From: Chitinophagales bacterium | GTDB taxonomy: Bacteria > Bacteroidota > Bacteroidia > Chitinophagales > CAIOSU01 | Length of the DNA: 53,612 bases | Assembly (NCBI GenBank): GCA_041748615.1 | Contig: JBGTCY010000290.1 | Coordinates: 1-53,612 of the forward strand | Direction: 5' to 3' | Part shown: one piece after another, positions 48,404 to 53,612 of the stretch | Numbering within the stretch: the stretch's first letter is position 1 | Layout of the letters: each line of letters starts with the position of its first letter | Notes under the pieces: model-generated | Database searches by the model: none | The model's input: only the letters and a program-made list of their open reading frames with translations | Told to the model about the DNA's origin: nothing | Made by a program: the position numbers and the translations under genes

Positions 48404-49101
48404 TTCAAAGTTTTGGTTAATGCTTCATCATTTAGCCAAAAACGCATTTGGTCAAAAACTGATAACAGTTGCCCGCGGTAATCGTTTTCGATATTTTCCG
48501 CAAGGACCTTTAGTGTTTCCTTTTCGCTAATGCTGACGCTTACAGGGGTGATTTTTTGATACACCCTGATTAACGCCCCAATAAAAAAATCATTGTCAGT
48601 GTAAAAATGTAGATGTGCTCCGCTATTGAACTTACTAAAATTATCAAAAAAATGGGTCAATTCACCGGATTTCTGAATATGGGAAAAGTACGAAGCAACC
48701 ACTCCGGTTTCAACCCTTGAAAACTCCTCCCGGATTTTTACGCTAAATTCAGGATAATGTTTGCTCAACAGGCGGTCAAGCATCAGTTCAAGAAACACAT
48801 GGGCAAAAAAATAGGTCCTGAATCTGACGGAAGGCAAGGAGGCTTCTTTAATTTTTTGATGAATCAAGTCGCTGTTTTCTTTGAAAAAGGACGATTGATG
48901 AAACAAGGCATCCACCCGGTAATGCCTTTTGATACCTGCAAAAATTTCACGGTGTTCTGGCGCTTCATGTTCATGGTTAAAATGAAACACCTGTTTTCTC
49001 ATTTTCTGATTGAAACCCGAAATCAGGTCGGGCATAATGCAACCGATTTTGAAATAGGGTGAAGCGTCAGTGTCAAGGAAGCAATGGGAGAGGAGATTCA
49101 T
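48400..49101 (-). CDS. ACP phosphodiesterase (AcpH)-like protein
   Basis: MNLLSH, G..MPD, GIKRHYRVD..FH, ELMLDR; ATGA overlap with the PorV-like gene. Confidence 0.6.
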   Translation of the reverse strand: MNLLSHCFLDTDASPYFKIGCIMPDLISGFNQKMRKQVFHFNHEHEAPEHREIFAGIKRHYRVDALFHQSSFFKENSDLIHQKIKEASLPSVRFRTYFFAHVFLELMLDRLLSKHYPEFSVKIREEFSRVETGVVASYFSHIQKSGELTHFFDNFSKFNSGAHLHFYTDNDFFIGALIRVYQKITPVSVSISEKETLKVLAENIENDYRGQLLSVFDQMRFWLNDEALTKTLK

Positions 49102-49172
49102 GCAATGCGATGGTGAAAATTAATCGCAATCCATCACTTTAAAAAAGTAATATTTCCTGACCGCTTAAAATC

Positions 49173-49180
49173 TAAATTTG
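49173..49180 (+). promoter_or_regulatory. -7 element TAAATTTG for tyrS
   Basis: Exact match 15 nt before the ATG at 49196. Confidence 0.55.
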
Positions 49181-49195
49181 CCCAAAGTTTTTTCT

Positions 49196-50473
49196 ATGGA
49201 TTTTATCAGTGAACTCAGGTGGCGCAATTTATTTTTTGAGATGATTCCCGAAACGGATGGCTATCTCAATCAACACAAAACGCGCGGATACATTGGCTTT
49301 GACCCCACCGCTCCCTCTCTCGGCATCGGCAACTTGGTGCAGGTGATGCTGCTGCGATTATTTCAAAAATCCGGACATCAGCCGGTGGCTTTGCTGGGTG
49401 GCGCCACCGGTATGATAGGCGACCCTTCCGGTAAATCTGCTGAGCGCAATCTGCTCACGAAGGAAACGCTTGAATTCAACAAAGAGAAATTTAAAAGCCA
49501 GTTTCATAAGTTCCTCGATTTTGACAAAGGAGAACATGCGCCTTTGTTGTTGGATAATTATGATTGGTATCAAAACATGAACCTGCTTGACTTTCTGCGG
49601 GATGCCGGAAAACATCTCACCGTAAATTACATGCTCGCGAAAGACTCCGTGAAATCACGGCTTGAAACCGGTATTTCATATACCGAATTTTCTTATCAAT
49701 TATTACAGGCTTATGATTTCTACTGGATGAATAAACAATATGATGTTCGTCTGCAAATGGGTGGTTCCGACCAGTGGGGCAACATCACAGCTGGTGTGGA
49801 ATTAATCCGGAGAATGGGCGGAACTGAAGCTTATGCCGTCACCTGTCCGCTGATTACAAAACCGGACGGCACAAAATTCGGCAAAACGGAAGATGGCAAT
49901 GTTTTTTTGGATGCCGGGATGACTTCGCCCTACAAGTTTTATCAGTTTTGGTTGAATGTCTCCGATGCTGAAGCGGAGAAGTATATCAAAATTTTTACTT
50001 TTCTTGAAAGACAGGAAATCGAAGCGCTGATAGCGGAACACAACAATGCGCCACACCTGAGAAATCTCCAAAAAACACTTGCAAAAGAAGTCACGGTGAT
50101 GGTGCATTCGGATGATCATTACCGGACAGCGCTCAACGCTTCAGAAATTTTATTTGGCAAAGCCACCAAGGAAACCCTGCTGGCGATTTCAGAGCGCGAT
50201 TTCCTGAATGTGTTTGAAGGAGTTCCGGTTTTTCCGGCATCAAAATCCATTTTTGAAAACGGGGTTGACCTCATGGAAGGACTGACCGCGTCCGCTCCCG
50301 TTTTTTCTTCGAAAGGCGAATTAAGGCGTGTGATTAAGGAAGGCGGATTGAGCATTAATAAAGAAAAAATAACGGACGAACATCTGAAACTTTCGTCAAG
50401 CGATTTATTGAATAATCGTTATCTGCTTGTGCAAAAGGGAAAGAAAAATTATTTCTTAGTGGTTGCGGAATGA
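49196..50473 (+). CDS. tyrS: Tyrosine--tRNA ligase
   Basis: YIGFDPTA, GGATGMIGDPSG, QMGGSDQWGN, KFGKT, SPYKFYQFW, C-terminal S4-like domain; start trimmed to 49196. Confidence 0.95.
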   Translation: MDFISELRWRNLFFEMIPETDGYLNQHKTRGYIGFDPTAPSLGIGNLVQVMLLRLFQKSGHQPVALLGGATGMIGDPSGKSAERNLLTKETLEFNKEKFKSQFHKFLDFDKGEHAPLLLDNYDWYQNMNLLDFLRDAGKHLTVNYMLAKDSVKSRLETGISYTEFSYQLLQAYDFYWMNKQYDVRLQMGGSDQWGNITAGVELIRRMGGTEAYAVTCPLITKPDGTKFGKTEDGNVFLDAGMTSPYKFYQFWLNVSDAEAEKYIKIFTFLERQEIEALIAEHNNAPHLRNLQKTLAKEVTVMVHSDDHYRTALNASEILFGKATKETLLAISERDFLNVFEGVPVFPASKSIFENGVDLMEGLTASAPVFSSKGELRRVIKEGGLSINKEKITDEHLKLSSSDLLNNRYLLVQKGKKNYFLVVAE

Positions 50474-50545
50474 TGAAATTTGAAGTTGTAAATAAAAGGT
50501 TGTGAAAAAAAAGATTCAGAAGTGATTCGCAACTCTCCCATTTCA

Positions 50546-50573
50546 CCTGTCCCATGCCCCTTGTCCCCTGTCC
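50546..50573. repeat. Heptamer tandem repeat (CCTGTCC type) x4
   Basis: CCTGTCC CATGCCC CTTGTCC CCTGTCC between the convergent tyrS and gpsA genes. Confidence 0.65.
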
Positions 50574-50582
50574 CAAACATTC

Positions 50583-51626
50583 TTACATATAATCCACATC
50601 CTGTTCTAACTGGTATTTCATTAAAAACTCAAGGGCTTCATTCACGGGAAGTCTGTCAAACAAAACGCGGTGGATAATCTGGATAATCGGCACTTTCACT
50701 TTGTAATGGTCGGCAAGCAATTTAATTACGCGAACAGTATTAATCCCTTCGGCAACTTCATCGGAAGTATCAATGATTTTCTGCAAGGAATCCCCTGCCG
50801 CGAGCCTCATGCCCACCGTATAGTTTCTGCTGAAACGGCTGGAAGCGGTTGCGATAATATCTCCAATACCGGCAAGTCCCAAAAACGCTTTCACATCCCC
50901 GCCCAGCGTTGTTCCGATTTTAATTAATTCACTGATGCTTCGGGTGATGAAAAGCGCGCGCGCGTTTTCACCCAATTCAAGACCGGTGACCGTTCCCGAG
51001 CCGATGGCGATGATGTTTTTTAACACACCGGCAAGTTCAACCCCGGTAATGTCATGCGAGCCGAAAACCTGAAAACGCTCACTGCGTAAAGACTCCATTC
51101 CGAGTTTTATCACTTCGTTAAACCTGCTGGCTATCACGGTGCCAGCCGGCAAGTGTTGCGCCAATTCTGTCGCGAGATTAGGTCCCGAAACACATCCCAC
51201 CCGCACAACCACTGTTTTTTCACGAATCACATCACTCATCGTTTGAATTCTGTCACGGGAGAGTGATTTCATGTTTTCTAATTTTTCGCCCTCATTCAAT
51301 TTCACATTAAATCCTTTTGTGCCATGAATCAGGATATGGTCGGGACGAAGGAATGGGGAAATTTTTTCAATCACATCGCTGAAAAAAGCGGAAGGGATAG
51401 TCGGATAAATAAGCGTGCATTTTTCTGCTACTTCTTTCAAATCATTGGTCGCCTGAATGGATGAATTAACAACTTGACCAGCGCATTCCCGCTGAGTTAA
51501 AATCTGCTGCACCACTTCCGGACGTCTTGCATACAACAACACCTCATGATTTTCAGCAATGAGGTTGGCAATGGAAATTCCAAAATTACCAGCGCCTACG
51601 ACTCCGATGATTTTCTTTTCAGGCAT
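50583..51626 (-). CDS. gpsA: NAD(P)H-dependent glycerol-3-phosphate dehydrogenase
   Basis: GVVGAGNFG, SGPNLA, GVLKNIIAI, GLAGIGD, SRNY, AEG. Confidence 0.92.
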   Translation of the reverse strand: MPEKKIIGVVGAGNFGISIANLIAENHEVLLYARRPEVVQQILTQRECAGQVVNSSIQATNDLKEVAEKCTLIYPTIPSAFFSDVIEKISPFLRPDHILIHGTKGFNVKLNEGEKLENMKSLSRDRIQTMSDVIREKTVVVRVGCVSGPNLATELAQHLPAGTVIASRFNEVIKLGMESLRSERFQVFGSHDITGVELAGVLKNIIAIGSGTVTGLELGENARALFITRSISELIKIGTTLGGDVKAFLGLAGIGDIIATASSRFSRNYTVGMRLAAGDSLQKIIDTSDEVAEGINTVRVIKLLADHYKVKVPIIQIIHRVLFDRLPVNEALEFLMKYQLEQDVDYM

Positions 51627-51667
51627 GGATGTTTAGTCAGTTCAACTCTTTTTTTAAAATCATTTTT

Positions 51668-53386
51668 TCAAACAAATTGCTCTAATCCGTATCCGTCTAA
51701 ACGGTTTCTGTAAAAATATAACAGCTTCAGGTCAGGACTCATCACATCCCCGTTTTTTTTCTTCATTAAAGGTCTCCGGTCATGATACAATCCGACTTGC
51801 TCAAGCCCCCGCTCCACGATCATTTGAATGTCTCGTTTCATGGTGTGCGTCAATTTGATTTCATTGTTATTTTCCATTTCAACTAATCTGTCACGGACAC
51901 GGGTACAGGATTCCATCAACTCCTGATATGGGATAAAAGTGTCTTCCGGAGGCAGTCTTAAAATTCCAAACAGGTCAAGTTTTTTGAAATTTTTACGAAT
52001 GATTTCAAAAGCGCAGAATGCCACCAACTGGCTGGTCATCACGATATTGTATGTGTGGTATCGCTGAACAATTTTGTCGCCCAGCATTTTCACATATTCT
52101 TCATTGCGTTGTTTATCGTCCTGCAGTGTTCCGCCCGAAATAAAATATTGCCGCACATCTATCGGTCTGTCATTCCGGTCATAGCTGATGCCGTATTTAT
52201 CAACCCTGTTGCCGAACAAATCCATACATGGCGCGAAAGAAAGATACATCCGGGAACTTTGAGTCAAAAACTTAAAGATAAAACGCGCCATCCTGAGCGA
52301 GGTTGAGTAGGAGTCAAGCCGCTCGGCAAGATAAAATTCTTTCCCGGTTCTTTTCAGATGCTCCTCAATGAGGTCGGGCGCTTCCAGCACAAAATGATAA
52401 TTCATCACCACCGGCACAATGATGATTTTTTTTGCGGCATCGCCATGATGCAGATAATTCAGATACTGAGCTTCCAATGATGTTCCGAGCAATCCGAGTT
52501 TCAGTTGTTTTTCCACCAACCCTGAGCGCGAACGGGTGCCGCCCGGAAAAAAAAGACTGTGACATTCGCGGTGCATAGCAAGCGTGGAATAAGTTTTCAG
52601 CGTTTCAAGGTAAAGCTGGTTTTTTTTACGCCTGTCCACTTTATAAGCTCCGAGACGATTCATGAAATATGCCAGCATTTTAATCCCGAAAAGATTCAAT
52701 CCCGCTCCGTAAATGAAAGCGGGCAGCCCCATTTCCTGAATCGCCCAACCAATGACAATCGAATCAATATTACTGATATGCGTTGGAACGATAATAATCG
52801 TATGTTGCTTCGATAATTCCCTGACAGTGTCGAGGTCGCCCTCAAGAATCACACGGTCGCGGATGCTGAACTGCTGGCTCAAACGCTCTTTGAAATTTTT
52901 TCCGAAAGATGTTTTCAGCAATCTGGAAATACCAAAAGGGACCGCCATTCTTGCGAATTCATAGATGGACGGGTCAAAATTGCCCGCAATTTCATTGGCG
53001 TAGCGCGAAATGATGGTTTTGGATAAAAATTGCGCGTCTTCCTGATATTCTTCAGTGCCTTGTCTTTCCTTACGGGTAATGCGCAATAATTTGTTTTTGA
53101 TGTCACTCCAGAATTCACGTTCATCTTCAGGGTCGGCTTTCCAGGGATTTTGTGTCAGGCGGATGCGCTCATGGTAAACAGTGCGGGCAAGCTCTTCCGT
53201 GATATTGTTTTTTTTATTGAAAGAAGTCAGGAATTTTTGAAAACTGGTGTTTTTTACCTCCTCGATAAATTGATAGCGTGACGCGCTCAATTTATAAATG
53301 GGCCACTCCTCGAGGTTGGGTTCAATGACATCAAACTTACGGGTAACGTAGTCGGGTAATGATTCGGAATTGTCTTGTTGTTCCAT
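51668..53386 (-). CDS. Glycerol-3-phosphate acyltransferase, PlsB-like
   Basis: PTHISNID (HxxxxD), GAGLNL, GAYKVDR, FFPGGTRSRSG, KLGLL; directly upstream of gpsA. Confidence 0.75.
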   Translation of the reverse strand: MEQQDNSESLPDYVTRKFDVIEPNLEEWPIYKLSASRYQFIEEVKNTSFQKFLTSFNKKNNITEELARTVYHERIRLTQNPWKADPEDEREFWSDIKNKLLRITRKERQGTEEYQEDAQFLSKTIISRYANEIAGNFDPSIYEFARMAVPFGISRLLKTSFGKNFKERLSQQFSIRDRVILEGDLDTVRELSKQHTIIIVPTHISNIDSIVIGWAIQEMGLPAFIYGAGLNLFGIKMLAYFMNRLGAYKVDRRKKNQLYLETLKTYSTLAMHRECHSLFFPGGTRSRSGLVEKQLKLGLLGTSLEAQYLNYLHHGDAAKKIIIVPVVMNYHFVLEAPDLIEEHLKRTGKEFYLAERLDSYSTSLRMARFIFKFLTQSSRMYLSFAPCMDLFGNRVDKYGISYDRNDRPIDVRQYFISGGTLQDDKQRNEEYVKMLGDKIVQRYHTYNIVMTSQLVAFCAFEIIRKNFKKLDLFGILRLPPEDTFIPYQELMESCTRVRDRLVEMENNNEIKLTHTMKRDIQMIVERGLEQVGLYHDRRPLMKKKNGDVMSPDLKLLYFYRNRLDGYGLEQFV

Positions 53387-53536
53387 TGATTACAATCCGG
53401 TATTGATAGATTGATTTGCCGAAAATACAAATTATAGGAGATAAAAAAATAAAAACCGAATTGTTGGTTCAATGAAAATCGGTGGGTAAGTGCAGTTGTC
53501 AAAATAACAACCGCAATTTGAAGTCTGCATGAGCGG

Positions 53537-53612
53537 ATATTAGACGATAGATTTTAGATGATAGACTTTAGATGATAGGCTTTAGACTATAGTGTCTAAC
53601 ATCTAAAATCTA
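53537..53612. repeat. Heptamer array (RYNWTAG x8) followed by inverted copies
   Basis: ATATTAG ACGATAG ATTTTAG ATGATAG ACTTTAG ATGATAG GCTTTAG ACTATAG, then GTCTAAC ATCTAAA ATCTA up to the window edge. Confidence 0.75.

Noticed and set aside
50355-50576. 73-aa ORF starting MGQGTRGMGQ
   Set aside because: The start is produced by the intergenic heptamer repeat and the ORF runs antisense into tyrS.
101-53502. The many short ORFs overlapping long genes (e.g. 101-439, 21566-21865, 35902-36270, 37921-38388, 42910-43230)
   Set aside because: They lie antisense or out of frame inside well-supported genes and show no recognisable motifs, so I treat them as shadow ORFs.
1-53612. tRNA, rRNA, prophage, integrase or IS transposase genes
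   Set aside because: None recognised by eye; tRNAscan-SE, Infernal and ISEScan would be needed to exclude them formally.

Overview
Bacteroidota chromosomal segment, judged from T9SS cargo and sorting genes, type-B L31, a three-gene sdhCAB operon and TAnnTTTG promoter boxes. The left 20.6 kb (83-20629) is an accessory envelope-modification locus. It holds eight membrane-anchored SGNH/GDSL-fold paralogs, two N-terminal-twitch radical SAM enzymes, a secreted transglutaminase-like protein, a DUF6056-like polytopic membrane protein, a GT8-like glycosyltransferase and a TMTC-like GT-C/TPR protein. Directly after it is a T9SS adhesin with 12 SprB-type repeats whose cysteines co-vary between neighbouring repeats. 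The rest holds rpmE2, a YkuK-like RNase H-fold gene, more T9SS cargo (one with a C9 tract in its signal-peptide coding region, one with an abrupt internal GC shift), GT2-gmhA, sdhCAB, riboflavin synthase, an AcpH-like/PorV-like/PorU-like operon, tyrS with a non-canonical HIGH motif, gpsA and a PlsB-like acyltransferase. Intergenic gaps carry several short palindromic or heptamer repeat families. I saw no CRISPR array, rRNA, tRNA, integrase or transposase. Family assignments rest on motif recognition by eye, not on database searches.
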